47,839 bases of DNA from an uncultured Gammaproteobacteria bacterium (GTDB taxonomy: Bacteria; Patescibacteriota; Microgenomatia; UBA8517). This document shows positions 1-9,580 of this stretch, piece by piece. How positions within the stretch are numbered: position 1 is the stretch's first letter; each line of letters starts with the position of its first letter. Both the position numbers and the translations under genes were made by a program. Where the stretch lies: NCBI GenBank assembly GCA_964427735.1, contig CAYRUS010000003.1, positions 1-47,839 of the forward strand, given 5' to 3'. Below the pieces are notes generated by a model. It was not told the DNA's origin and searched no databases. It saw only the letters and a program-made list of their open reading frames with translations.

Positions 1-1
1 A

Positions 2-2344
2 CCACCAACCCCGCCTCCACCAATAGGAAAATGTTCTATTGGCATTACTCCAAGCAGTACTACTATAAAAGTTGGTCAAGTACAGGAACTTACTGCGAAC
101 TCAAGCCAGGTTGATAAGGTATCTTTTGATTCCAGCAACACAAATATAATCCGTTTGAATGACAACGAAGATCCATATCCCGGTCCTTATAACACCGGAG
201 CGATAGCTGTAAATCCGGGAACAGCAAGAGTAAGAGCGACAGGTATTAGAAACGGAGTTGCTGAGTGTTCGGCAGAAGCGACTATTACAGTAACACAAGA
301 TAATGCATGCATTGTTGGAAAACCAAGCAATTTGAATTTTAACTGTTCTTATCCGGGTACACTAACAACCCTAACCTGGACAGCTGATCCTAATGCAACT
401 TTCTATTCTGTTAGGGTAGATAATCTGGCAGACGGTTGGGATGGAAGCTGCAACTCCGCAGCAGGTGATTTTTGCAGGGATGTTACCGGGACATCTATAT
501 CTTTTAATCTTGATCCCAGAGCAAGATACAAATGGTGGATACACTCAAGAAATAGCTGCAACCTTGGAATGTGGGGGGAGGCAGTGTTTGGACCTGAAAT
601 TCAATGTGGACCAAATTGTTGGGATGTTACAGGAGATACCTCAATTAATGTCGGTCAGACAGGTAACTTTAGAGCTAATTTCGAATCAAAAGATGGAGAT
701 TTGAGAGCAGAACTCTATAGAGATAGTTTTAACTCTTTAACAGGGATTAGATACTTTAGTTCATCACCTAACTATCTAACAGCTTCCTGGGCTCCAACGA
801 ATAATGATGTTGGCTATCACAATATATACTGTCGAGCTTGGAATGATGCAGTAGCAGAGTGCCGTGCAGCCGGGCAACCAGATACAGATTATGATCCACA
901 AAATGAAGGAATATATGCATGTGCAGGTCCGAGAACAAGTATGCAGGTTGCAGTAAATCCACGATCGCCTAATTTAAACACACTTTTACAAAGCTGTAAT
1001 GTAGGGAATCATCAAGTAGACTTATCGTGGACTTCTGTTGGTGCTACAAATCAATATGATTACATTATCCAAAGGTGTACAGGTGCAACATGCAACAACT
1101 TTGCAAATGTTGCAACAGTCAGCACCACTGCATACACAGACACAAGCCCCGCACTAACCGAAAACCAAACCTATAGATATAGAGTAATTGCTGAACACAG
1201 AGCATCTGGCTTAAGGTCTACTTCAAATATACAATCTGTAAGATTAAATCCATGCTCAACATTTAGCTGCAATATAACACTTGGTCCACTAGGTAACCAA
1301 CAGATGTCACCTGGTGAAATACGAAGTTTTGTTACTCAATACACAAAAACAGGACCTGGTACAGTTAGTGCAGTAGAGATAAGAAACTCTAATGCAAACG
1401 CTTTGACACCAGTTTTGAGAAGAAGCTCACCTCCTGCAAATCCTTTTGGTGCAAACTTTACAGCAACCAACAATGTAGGACAATCGGCAAAGCTTCAGGC
1501 ATTTGTAATAGATAGTAACAATATTGAGGTTTGCAAAAGTAACGAAGTAAATGTAGAAGTTGTACTTAAACCTTGGTGGCAAGTGGTAAATGGAGATGTG
1601 ATCTCTGGCAATACTATCCAGTCAAACGTCTTTACAGGTAATTTTCTTTTTACAGGAGTGGGGAACTCCAAAGGTATGCCCATCTATGGAACAGGTATTG
1701 TTCCTGGATATGATTCAGGAAGGTTATCACAAACACCACCTGCTGTGTGGAATGCTAATACAAAAACAAACTTAACTACAAACTATAATATTTTACGCTC
1801 AAGAGTTCCATCCAGTGTCTCTTGGTTGGATATAAACAATCCATCGACAAATGTATCATCACTTGCAACAAGTTGCGCAAGTACAGATTTTTGTTGGTTT
1901 AGACGCTTACAATCAGGTTCAGAAAATGGATCACTTGATATAATAAATGGTGGAAACCTAGGGAATGATCGAGTAATAGTATTTGTAAATGGTGACTTAA
2001 ACATAAACGGTAATATAACCTTTAATGAAGGTAGAGGGAACGCAATATTTATAGCAAGAGGCAACATAACTATTGCACCATCAGTTAATAGAATAGATGG
2101 GGTATACATTAGTAATGCACGATTTAGAACAGTCTCGGCAAATCCTGATGCGCAGACTCTACGTATAAACGGAATAGTCTACAGTTCAGCATCTCCTAGC
2201 CTAGGACGTGACAGACAAAGTGGTAACGCGAATCCTTCTGAAATATTTACTTTTAGACCTGATGTGATGTTTAATTTCCCTCGAGCATTAATGGAGAGAA
2301 ATATAATCAGATGGGAAGAAATTCCTCCAGACCAAGACATCTAA
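2..2344 (+). CDS. Large Cys-rich secreted surface/adhesin-like protein, 5' end cut by window edge; Ig-like (Big_2-type) and FN3-like segments plus a conserved C-terminal 'WWQ' module
   Basis: Frame 2 is open from nt 2; the TTG at 155 in the ORF track is not the real start. Upstream translation is PPTPPPPIGKCSIGITPSSTTIKVGQVQELTANSS.., which looks Ig-like. FN3-like stretch LSWTSVGATNQYDYIIQRC..YRYRVIA. Many Cys residues. The C-terminal ~255 aa from KPWWQVVNG (nt ~1568) aligns with the C-terminus of the next ORF. Confidence 0.6.
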   Translation, partial: PPTPPPPIGKCSIGITPSSTTIKVGQVQELTANSSQVDKVSFDSSNTNIIRLNDNEDPYPGPYNTGAIAVNPGTARVRATGIRNGVAECSAEATITVTQDNACIVGKPSNLNFNCSYPGTLTTLTWTADPNATFYSVRVDNLADGWDGSCNSAAGDFCRDVTGTSISFNLDPRARYKWWIHSRNSCNLGMWGEAVFGPEIQCGPNCWDVTGDTSINVGQTGNFRANFESKDGDLRAELYRDSFNSLTGIRYFSSSPNYLTASWAPTNNDVGYHNIYCRAWNDAVAECRAAGQPDTDYDPQNEGIYACAGPRTSMQVAVNPRSPNLNTLLQSCNVGNHQVDLSWTSVGATNQYDYIIQRCTGATCNNFANVATVSTTAYTDTSPALTENQTYRYRVIAEHRASGLRSTSNIQSVRLNPCSTFSCNITLGPLGNQQMSPGEIRSFVTQYTKTGPGTVSAVEIRNSNANALTPVLRRSSPPANPFGANFTATNNVGQSAKLQAFVIDSNNIEVCKSNEVNVEVVLKPWWQVVNGDVISGNTIQSNVFTGNFLFTGVGNSKGMPIYGTGIVPGYDSGRLSQTPPAVWNANTKTNLTTNYNILRSRVPSSVSWLDINNPSTNVSSLATSCASTDFCWFRRLQSGSENGSLDIINGGNLGNDRVIVFVNGDLNINGNITFNEGRGNAIFIARGNITIAPSVNRIDGVYISNARFRTVSANPDAQTLRINGIVYSSASPSLGRDRQSGNANPSEIFTFRPDVMFNFPRALMERNIIRWEEIPPDQDI

Positions 2345-2365
2345 TAGTGCTATTATTTAATTTAT

Positions 2366-4216
2366 ATGAATATTAGAGGGTTTGTGTTTTTCCTTTTTAA
2401 ACCAACTATAATGTTGGTTGTTTTTTTATCGTTCCTAGTGTTTTCTCCTTCGATTTCAGCTCAACAACCACAGAGATTAATTTATATGGTTCAAGACATT
2501 GGTGGCAGTGGATCTCACTCACGGTTTGCAACAATCGACCCGGTTACCCGAGAAGTAGCTTTTTTGGGTCCGTTTTATCCGCATTGGAATATAGAGACTC
2601 TAGATATTCACCCCACCACCGGAGTAATTTATACAATTCCTGCAGACAATGGAATAGGAACTACAGGCAGACTATATACACTGGACCCAGATACAGGGAT
2701 GCTTAATTACATTGGAAACACAGGCGAAAACGACATAGCAGCACTGGCTTTTCACCCGGATGGAACTTTGTGGGGAGTTAGAAGAAGAGACCATATTTTT
2801 ACAGTTAACCTAAACACTGCACAAATTACTAAAGTAAAAACAGGCATAGATGACTTCGAAGGAGCAGCTTGGGATATTGATGGAAAATATTTATATTTAA
2901 CAATGGAAAAGAGTTCCGCATTATACAGATACGACAAAGACACAAAAACAATATCCGTGTATGATACAAATGCATTCCCAGACGAAGTAGAAGCTCTCGA
3001 TTTTCTACCTGACAATACACTTTTAGCAGGGACGGATAGACATGCGTCTCGTCATCTTATTCGCTATGATGTGACCACAAGGTCAGTGGTAGAAGTTCTT
3101 ATCACCAATGACTCAGATCTAAATGATATAGAAGGTATTAGCTGGTGGGAAGGGCATGGTAATTTATCATTTAATGAGTGTTCAATCTCATTGTCTGCTA
3201 TATCTCCAATGGCACCAGGAACATCAAGAGATATACAGGTTACAATACATAATGGAGACATGGCGCAAATAGAGTACAAATCGTCAGATAGCAACGTCCT
3301 GTATTTTGATCCACCTCAATCAACCAACTTAACAAGCACAACCTCTCCATTCATAGTAGATCTTCATGCAGGAGTTTCAGGAAATGCACAAATTAGTGCT
3401 ACTGCTACAACAACAAGTGGAGATGTCTGTAACTCAAACACCGTAAGTGTAGAAATAATAGGGCAACCTGCATGGTGGCAAATAGTTAATGGAAACGTAT
3501 TCTCAGGAACAACAAACACATCAGGTGGAAGAATACAATCAATAGTACCAAGTGGTAGTTTTTTTATAGAAAAAACAGGTCCAAATTCAATTGGTTTACC
3601 AATATATTCATCAAATTTAATGGTTAATCCAGACAGAATATCTTCTTTTGCTTGGAACGCTGGAAGTAATATCGATCCAAAATTTGTGGTATACAGTTAT
3701 AATAGGATTTTTAGTCTTGCCTCTACAGCTACTAACTATATCAATCAGAGCGTAGGAAATGATCCTGGAGCACAGTATTTTAGCAATAGCTGTACAGGAT
3801 CAGATTTTTGTTGGTACAAAACTATTAGCAACCTTCAATTAAAGGAGGAAAGTTTGGATGAATCAAAATTAGTCGTATTTGTAAATGGAAGCCTAACAGT
3901 AAATAATAATTTATCTTTTGACGATGGAAAAGGAAATGCAATATTTGTAGCTTCCGGAGATATTATTGTAAAACCTTCTGTTACGGACTTGGAAGGGATT
4001 TATATGGCAAATGGTAGATTTATAACAGAACCTTCTACAAACCAACTAAATGTAGAGGGGATGGTATACAGTAGAGAAGCACCAAGCTTACAACGAGAAA
4101 TCCCTCCCAATTCTTTGCCTGCAGAAAAGTTTATATTCAGACCTGACATTGTGTTTAATTTACCTAGAATCTTTACGAAAAGAGAAATTGTTAGTTGGAG
4201 CGAGGTACTACCTTAA
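2366..4216 (+). CDS. Secreted surface protein: signal/anchor peptide, beta-propeller-like region, Ig-like segment, and the same C-terminal 'WWQ' module as the upstream ORF
   Basis: ATG at 2366. Hydrophobic N-terminus LVVFLSFLVFSPSISAQQ. Repeated propeller-like strands (GRLYTLDPDTG, LAFHPDGTLWGV, LYRYDKDTK, LIRYDVTTR). C-terminal module from QPAWWQIVNG (nt ~3464) is paralogous to ORF 2..2344. Confidence 0.6.
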   Translation: MNIRGFVFFLFKPTIMLVVFLSFLVFSPSISAQQPQRLIYMVQDIGGSGSHSRFATIDPVTREVAFLGPFYPHWNIETLDIHPTTGVIYTIPADNGIGTTGRLYTLDPDTGMLNYIGNTGENDIAALAFHPDGTLWGVRRRDHIFTVNLNTAQITKVKTGIDDFEGAAWDIDGKYLYLTMEKSSALYRYDKDTKTISVYDTNAFPDEVEALDFLPDNTLLAGTDRHASRHLIRYDVTTRSVVEVLITNDSDLNDIEGISWWEGHGNLSFNECSISLSAISPMAPGTSRDIQVTIHNGDMAQIEYKSSDSNVLYFDPPQSTNLTSTTSPFIVDLHAGVSGNAQISATATTTSGDVCNSNTVSVEIIGQPAWWQIVNGNVFSGTTNTSGGRIQSIVPSGSFFIEKTGPNSIGLPIYSSNLMVNPDRISSFAWNAGSNIDPKFVVYSYNRIFSLASTATNYINQSVGNDPGAQYFSNSCTGSDFCWYKTISNLQLKEESLDESKLVVFVNGSLTVNNNLSFDDGKGNAIFVASGDIIVKPSVTDLEGIYMANGRFITEPSTNQLNVEGMVYSREAPSLQREIPPNSLPAEKFIFRPDIVFNLPRIFTKREIVSWSEVLP

Positions 4217-4223
4217 TAAAGGC

Positions 4224-4252
4224 TTGTAAATCCACCTAAGTTACGTTAAAAT
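4224..4252 (+). promoter_or_regulatory. Sigma70-like promoter for rpsP (TTGTAA-17 nt-TAAAAT)
   Basis: -35 TTGTAA at 4224-4229, 17-nt spacer, -10 TAAAAT at 4247-4252. The ATG at 4262 lies only ~10 nt after the -10, so the leader would be very short or absent. Confidence 0.35.
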
Positions 4253-4261
4253 TGATGCGTT

Positions 4262-4486
4262 ATGGTAAAAATTAGACTAGCAAGACACGGAAAAAGAAAT
4301 TCTCCTTTTTACAGAATAGTTGCTATAGAAGAAGCAGCTAAAAGAGGAGGAGCTCCTATTGATATACTAGGTTTTTGGTTTCCTGAAAAAGACCAAAAAG
4401 AAGTAAATAAAAAAAGGATAGATGAGTGGGTTAAAAAGGGAGCACAAGTTACTCCCGCGGTAGAAAAGCTACTTAAGACAAAATGA
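4262..4486 (+). CDS. rpsP: 30S ribosomal protein S16
   Basis: MVKIRLARHGKRNSPFYRIVAIE.. is the canonical S16 N-terminus. 74 aa. The TGA stop overlaps the next start (ATGA). Confidence 0.95.
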   Translation: MVKIRLARHGKRNSPFYRIVAIEEAAKRGGAPIDILGFWFPEKDQKEVNKKRIDEWVKKGAQVTPAVEKLLKTK

Positions 4487-4713
4487 AAGAATTACTAGAG
4501 TACATACTACAAGGAATAACAGGTTCAGATGAGATAAATGTAGAGGAAACTGAAAACGATAGTGCAGTAACTTTCACAATAAAAAGTCCAAAAGAATACA
4601 TTGGTCTAATCATAGGAAAAGAAGGTAAGACTATAAAATCTATAAGAAATATTCTAAGAATAAAAGCAACTTTAGAAGAAAAACTAGTAGACCTTGATGT
4701 CCAGGAAGTATAA
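4483..4713 (+). CDS. KH-domain RNA-binding protein (UPF0109/YlqC-like)
   Basis: IGLIIGKEGKTIKSIRNILR matches the KH GxxG core. 76 aa. Sits in the conserved position directly after rpsP. Confidence 0.85.
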   Translation: MKELLEYILQGITGSDEINVEETENDSAVTFTIKSPKEYIGLIIGKEGKTIKSIRNILRIKATLEEKLVDLDVQEV

Positions 4714-4768
4714 ATTTCTTCTCTTGCTTATACAAAAATCCCTTCTAATTGTTTTTTTATTACCGAAA

Positions 4769-5692
4769 TTAATTCTTCACAATATCCTGTGGACTAACCA
4801 AAGCAGCATCAAAAATTGAAAGTGGTTCAGGGTACGTCTGAAATGCTTGAACAGACCTTACTGCACGATCACCTTCACCACCAGCCTGACCGACTGCCCT
4901 AGCAACCTTCAGTTGATGAGGTAGATCATTTGCACCTGATCCTTCAATACCTATATATGTAGTTTCACCGGCTGATAAATCAAGATATAGAGGTCTTACT
5001 CTAACCATTATATTGTTGCCACTCGACCCGGGTAAAGAAATCCCTGATACTGAATTTTTATATATTCTTTCAACACCAAAACTATCTAGCTTAGGATATG
5101 TCCCTATACTTGCTAGAGCGAATTTATTGGTGGACCTTCTCGATGCTACAGGATCATAAACATATCTCTGCACACGTACTCCACTAAAATTTCCACTCAA
5201 ATAATTTGTTGAGGGGTTTGAGTTAGTATCATAATAAATAGTAACTTCTACAGCAGGATCCTGCCCTTCACCCCAATATAAATTAATTGAGCCACCTGTA
5301 TAGCAAAGAAGAGGCGGGGTACAATCTAGTGAATCATCGTCATTATGAGAAACAAGCCAAAAAGTTGCTGACTCACCAGAAGATAGCTTTTTAGGATAGT
5401 GATATCTTCTACCACCACCAGTTGACTCTACTGTAGCGCTAAAAGTCGAATTATTATCCAAAGGCACATTGTTTATGCTACCAACACTACTTTCCAACAG
5501 GATTCTTTCTATACCAGCCTCAGCAGCCGAAAAAGCCCTTGATGCTTCTTCTTCAGTTGTAGAGATATCTATATCTGTGATAGAAGAGGAGACTATTTGC
5601 ATTACCATAACTAAAACAACAGACATTGCAAGTAAAACAAGCAAGAGCGCAATCCCTTGCTCGTTTTGTTGTTTCAAATAACGTTTAGTCAT
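4769..5692 (-). CDS. PilX-N-domain pilus assembly/tip-associated protein
   Basis: N-terminus MTKRYLKQQNEQGIALLLVLLAMSVVLVMVMQIV.. resembles the PilX N-terminal motif (polar residue, G, then a hydrophobic helix). Last gene of the pilus operon. Confidence 0.6.
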   Translation of the reverse strand: MTKRYLKQQNEQGIALLLVLLAMSVVLVMVMQIVSSSITDIDISTTEEEASRAFSAAEAGIERILLESSVGSINNVPLDNNSTFSATVESTGGGRRYHYPKKLSSGESATFWLVSHNDDDSLDCTPPLLCYTGGSINLYWGEGQDPAVEVTIYYDTNSNPSTNYLSGNFSGVRVQRYVYDPVASRRSTNKFALASIGTYPKLDSFGVERIYKNSVSGISLPGSSGNNIMVRVRPLYLDLSAGETTYIGIEGSGANDLPHQLKVARAVGQAGGEGDRAVRSVQAFQTYPEPLSIFDAALVSPQDIVKN

Positions 5693-5732
5693 ACTCTAAA
5701 TATACTATATTATATTTTAATTTTCATAATAG

Positions 5733-6410
5733 CTATAGTTCAAAAGGATTCGGGCGATTACTATCTCCAGTCGGATCCAAGTCAGTAAAATCAGGAACCT
5801 CCAACTCTGAAATTCTTGTTAATATGCCCGTTTCTTCCTGGTTAATTTTGTTTATTGGAGTAGTTATGTCTGGTAAAGTCTCTGGCAATTTTGCATATAC
5901 ACTACTTAATTCAATTTGAGCTCTACCTGATTGATTATTATTATCAAACTCAGCTTCTTTTAAAATCATTAAAGGAGCTGCTCTTCTAATACTCTCAAAG
6001 AAATTAAAAGAGTCTGTAACATTACCCTCAAACTCAACATCAATAGTAATATCAGACACCTCGCTTTCTATTTCACCGGATTTTACATCCACATCAGTCA
6101 AAAATAAGGTGTTATTTATTGCCAATCTCCTTAGTTGTGATATTACCTGTACTACTGGAGGTTCGCTAGGCACACCTAAAATAGAAGAGACTGCATGTTG
6201 TTCAACAAATTGCTGCATCCGTTTAAGCTCAGTGTCTTTTTCAGCAAGAATATTTTCTATTCTTTTTTCGTTTTCCAAGAGTTGTCTTTGTTCAACTATC
6301 TTGTTGTATCCAAATGTATATGTCGTATAAATAAGAATTGCTAGAACTACAATCATTAACAGTGGAAACAATATCACAGAAACATTTGTTGATAATTTAA
6401 TATCTTTCAT
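5733..6410 (-). CDS. PilO-like pilus alignment protein (single TM plus coiled coil)
   Basis: N-terminal TM VSVILFPLLMIVVLAILIYTTY, then the coiled coil QRQLLENEKRIENILAEKDTELKRMQQF. Lies directly after the pilN-like gene. Assignment rests on architecture and synteny only. Confidence 0.5.
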   Translation of the reverse strand: MKDIKLSTNVSVILFPLLMIVVLAILIYTTYTFGYNKIVEQRQLLENEKRIENILAEKDTELKRMQQFVEQHAVSSILGVPSEPPVVQVISQLRRLAINNTLFLTDVDVKSGEIESEVSDITIDVEFEGNVTDSFNFFESIRRAAPLMILKEAEFDNNNQSGRAQIELSSVYAKLPETLPDITTPINKINQEETGILTRISELEVPDFTDLDPTGDSNRPNPFEL

Positions 6411-6411
6411 A

Positions 6412-6939
6412 TTACTTAAGAACTTCTATATCCATATCATACCCACTTCCACTTCTAAAACTAAAAGAATTTACTTTTACGTTTGGATACTCTGTGTTTG
6501 TTCTTAACCTTTCAAGAACCCTCCCTAAACTGTCTATACTTGTAGCATTCAGCTGCATTTCTATCGATTCTTGATTAATTTCTGCTCTTACAATATTTGC
6601 ATCCTGGATAACTTGATCGTAGAAATTTCTATAAAAATCAAAATCCTTCTCTGAATTTTGGCTATTTAGGGCTTGAACTCCTTTACTTGCTCTGTCTTTA
6701 ACAAGTACATATTGCTGTTCTGTCGCTTGCATAGATTGTATGGATTGTTTTAAGGAATTTTGGCTGCTTCTAACTCTAGAAAGTTCAATTCTATTTGCTA
6801 TAAAAATCGCAGTAATTATCAAAGCTGCTGCAATAAACAAAACTAGAGCACCAATAGCTACTGTTTTCAAACCTTTAGATACTTTAAGGTAGCTGTTGTC
6901 TGGTGCTAATTCCTTAGATAATAAGTTAACAGTGTCCAT
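6412..6939 (-). CDS. pilN: PilN-like fimbrial assembly protein
   Basis: N-terminal VNLLSKEL (PilN-type xNLLP motif), a single TM (AIGALVLFIAAALIITAIFI), then coiled coil. Located between pilM and the pilO-like gene. Confidence 0.65.
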   Translation of the reverse strand: MDTVNLLSKELAPDNSYLKVSKGLKTVAIGALVLFIAAALIITAIFIANRIELSRVRSSQNSLKQSIQSMQATEQQYVLVKDRASKGVQALNSQNSEKDFDFYRNFYDQVIQDANIVRAEINQESIEMQLNATSIDSLGRVLERLRTNTEYPNVKVNSFSFRSGSGYDMDIEVLK

Positions 6940-6942
6940 TTC

Positions 6943-7953
6943 TTACCTCATAGCTAACCCTGCCGCTATTGAATAGAGCGGAGCATATGCTGCCAAACTT
7001 TGCCTTATGTTCGAATCCATCTCTACTTTTGAAAACGGATCCCCAACTACAACTTCACGGTTTAGCAACTCACTTAACTGAGCTATAATCCCCACCAATC
7101 CTGAAGAACCTCCTGAAAGAATAACCGATTGTGGCTGTTCACCTTTATCCTCAGATTGATAAAAATGAACTGCCTTTTTGATCTCTTCTGCAACCATCTT
7201 TATAACAGGGAGTAATGCGTTACTTACCTTTCCTTCTAATTTATCGGTAGCTAGTCCATAAGTCTTTTTATATTGCTCAGCTTGAATTTCATCCATTCCC
7301 AAAGATTGGGCTACAGCTCGTGTTAAAGCATTACCGGCAGTTGGAATTGATCTGGTAAAAACCATTTTTCCGTTTCGAGTAATAGCCATATCTGTTGAAG
7401 AAGATCCAAAATCAACAACCATATGCGTACCACTAGAAGGGGCAAGACTTCTACACAACGCCAAAAGTTCTGTTTCAACTGTAGTTACATTTAAACCAGC
7501 AGCTTGGATTGCCTGAACATAACCATGAACTACTTCTTTCGGGGCTGCAAGTAAAAGCACTCTAGTAACAGGTGGTGTGGCTGTCTCATCTCTTTCTATT
7601 ATTTGATGATCTACAACAGCATCTGCAATTGGAATTGGTATGTATTGCTCGGCCTCCCATTTAACAGCAGAGGCGATTTCCTGATCAGAAAGCAAAGGAA
7701 ACTTAATAATTCTTGTATATACATGTTCTTCAGACAAAGAAATTGTTATATCGTTAGAGGAAATCTTAGCCTCTTTGTGAAGTTTTCGCATTATTTCAGC
7801 AATGGCAACAAGTCCTGCATCATCTGTAATTTTGTCTAAAGAAGGTCCTGTATATCCGATAACTCCGGAACCACGCAAAGTATAAGAATCACGTTTTTTA
7901 TCTAACTCTACGATTTTGATGGACTTAGTTCCTATATCTATTCCTACACCCAT
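6943..7953 (-). CDS. pilM: Type IV pilus assembly ATPase-fold protein PilM
   Basis: MGVGIDIGTKSIKIVELDKK.. is an actin/FtsA-like fold start. ..DFGSSSTDMAI.. and ..ILSGGSSGL.. are phosphate-binding motifs. 336 aa. Confidence 0.85.
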   Translation of the reverse strand: MGVGIDIGTKSIKIVELDKKRDSYTLRGSGVIGYTGPSLDKITDDAGLVAIAEIMRKLHKEAKISSNDITISLSEEHVYTRIIKFPLLSDQEIASAVKWEAEQYIPIPIADAVVDHQIIERDETATPPVTRVLLLAAPKEVVHGYVQAIQAAGLNVTTVETELLALCRSLAPSSGTHMVVDFGSSSTDMAITRNGKMVFTRSIPTAGNALTRAVAQSLGMDEIQAEQYKKTYGLATDKLEGKVSNALLPVIKMVAEEIKKAVHFYQSEDKGEQPQSVILSGGSSGLVGIIAQLSELLNREVVVGDPFSKVEMDSNIRQSLAAYAPLYSIAAGLAMR

Positions 7954-8045
7954 TTTTACATCTATCCACCAATTTCTTATATTAATAGGCAGATATAATT
8001 CAGTTTAACAGTGGTAAGATAAGCGGTCAATAGAGAAGAAAGTAC

Positions 8046-8531
8046 TTATTGTTCACTATAATTTCTAGGTTTTATTTCTGTTTGAATATTAATTTCACCT
8101 ACCTCAATAGAGCTACTACTTCCAGCTTCAGCGTTTATGTTTATGGTAATTGTTTCTGGGTTGGTTGAGGTAGGGGAACAGGTAAATATGTTGCAATTTT
8201 TAATATTAACAATATCAGATGTCAAAGGGTTTAAACGCCATCTAATAGCTCCACCATCACACTCTATGGTTTCGGCAGTAGACCGAGAAGGTGGCATATA
8301 AACAACTCTTGCATTGCTAGGACAACTTATACTCGTAGCATTTCTGAGTTGTCGCTCCATAATTCCCACAGCATTGTCGACATCTTGCCTAACTTTTATC
8401 GTGTTTTCTGATCTTTTAACATTTCTGACAGATAGTAAAATTCCTTGTGCTACCAATACACTAAGCACAGAAAATATTGCTATAACTACAAGCATTTCAA
8501 TTAAACTATATCCTTTTAATCTGTTTTTCAT
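8046..8531 (-). CDS. Minor pilin/pseudopilin with prepilin-type N-terminal cleavage/methylation motif
   Basis: MKNRLKG|YSLIEMLVVIAIFSVLSVLVAQ. Start moved to the ATG at 8531, 1 nt after the upstream stop; the ORF-track start at 8561 is an extension. Confidence 0.8.
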   Translation of the reverse strand: MKNRLKGYSLIEMLVVIAIFSVLSVLVAQGILLSVRNVKRSENTIKVRQDVDNAVGIMERQLRNATSISCPSNARVVYMPPSRSTAETIECDGGAIRWRLNPLTSDIVNIKNCNIFTCSPTSTNPETITININAEAGSSSSIEVGEINIQTEIKPRNYSEQ

Positions 8532-8532
8532 A

Positions 8533-8991
8533 TTACTGAGCTCTTGGATCAGATAAATCAACCTGATTTATGACCTCTCTGTCAAGAGAACCTTCTTTCC
8601 ATCGAGTAGTTACTTTTACACTAACAAACTCAGGGTCTGATGTATCAAAAGTCGCAAATCTGATAAAATTAGTGCTAGTAATAGTGTCACAATTCACAGG
8701 GTTTGTTACTTTTTTAGCCCACAGGCTAGAAAGGTCTTGAAGGCATAAATTCAATGCTCCAACAGTATTAACATTATTTTTAAAAGTATCATAATTTACA
8801 TCTCTCTCTGCTCTAAAAGTTTCAATGGCTTCTTGCGAATATCTACTGGCAACGGTTCTGTTTCTAGCAGAGGTCGAATTCCTAACTGAAGTTATAGATA
8901 GACTAACTAAAGCTGTCATTATCAAGGCCATAACACCTATCGCAAAAACTACTTCAAGCAATGATTGTCCACTGTTTTTATTTATTATCAT
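8533..8991 (-). CDS. Minor pilin/pseudopilin (atypical G|QSLLE motif)
   Basis: MIINKNSG|QSLLEVVFAIGVMALIMTAL keeps Gly-1 and Glu+5 with the hydrophobic helix. ATGA overlap with the upstream gene. Confidence 0.7.
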   Translation of the reverse strand: MIINKNSGQSLLEVVFAIGVMALIMTALVSLSITSVRNSTSARNRTVASRYSQEAIETFRAERDVNYDTFKNNVNTVGALNLCLQDLSSLWAKKVTNPVNCDTITSTNFIRFATFDTSDPEFVSVKVTTRWKEGSLDREVINQVDLSDPRAQ

Positions 8992-9551
8992 TCTATTCTA
9001 CCATTACTATATATCCTAATTGTTTCAACGGGTAGACCTCGATATTCTAAGATGATTTCCTTAGATGATAGTCCTGCAGGAGGAGGGAACTGGTTTAAAT
9101 TACTGCTTGGTATATGAACACCACCCCCAACGGGTAAAAACTTCAGGTTATCAATACCGGTTGTACTTATTCTAACTCCGCTAGGCATACTCTGGTTTGG
9201 AACATAATCTTCATATGTGTAAGGAGCAGCGTCGCCACATATTGCCTCATAAAAGTATTGGTTTGATTTTATACTAAATCTAACACCATTAAATTTCACA
9301 CAGGGTGTAGATGGATCAGAAGGTCGCTTACCAGAAGCAGCTAATTCCTGCGCGTGACGTAGAGCAGTCGTTACTTGAATTTTTGCCTGGTTTAATCTTT
9401 TCTTTCTTTCAAAATTACGATAGTTAACAGTACCAATACTGAATAACACAGACATTATAGCTATTGAGATTAGAAGCTCAACCGTTGTAAAACCACTAAT
9501 TAATAGAGTAGTTTTTCTCCAGTATGAAGATTTTTTTTTATAGTTAAACAT
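8988..9551 (-). CDS. Minor pilin/pseudopilin
   Basis: ..TLLISG|FTTVELLISIAIMSVLFSIG class III signal peptide. 187 aa. Confidence 0.75.
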   Translation of the reverse strand: MFNYKKKSSYWRKTTLLISGFTTVELLISIAIMSVLFSIGTVNYRNFERKKRLNQAKIQVTTALRHAQELAASGKRPSDPSTPCVKFNGVRFSIKSNQYFYEAICGDAAPYTYEDYVPNQSMPSGVRISTTGIDNLKFLPVGGGVHIPSSNLNQFPPPAGLSSKEIILEYRGLPVETIRIYSNGRIE

Positions 9552-9580
9552 ATAAAAGATTCCATGATCATTTTAAAAAG

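Noticed and set aside
4714-4768. Bidirectional terminator between the convergent KH-domain gene and the PilX-like gene
   Set aside because: There is a T-rich stretch (TTGTTTTTTTATT), but I could not find a convincing GC-containing stem on either strand.
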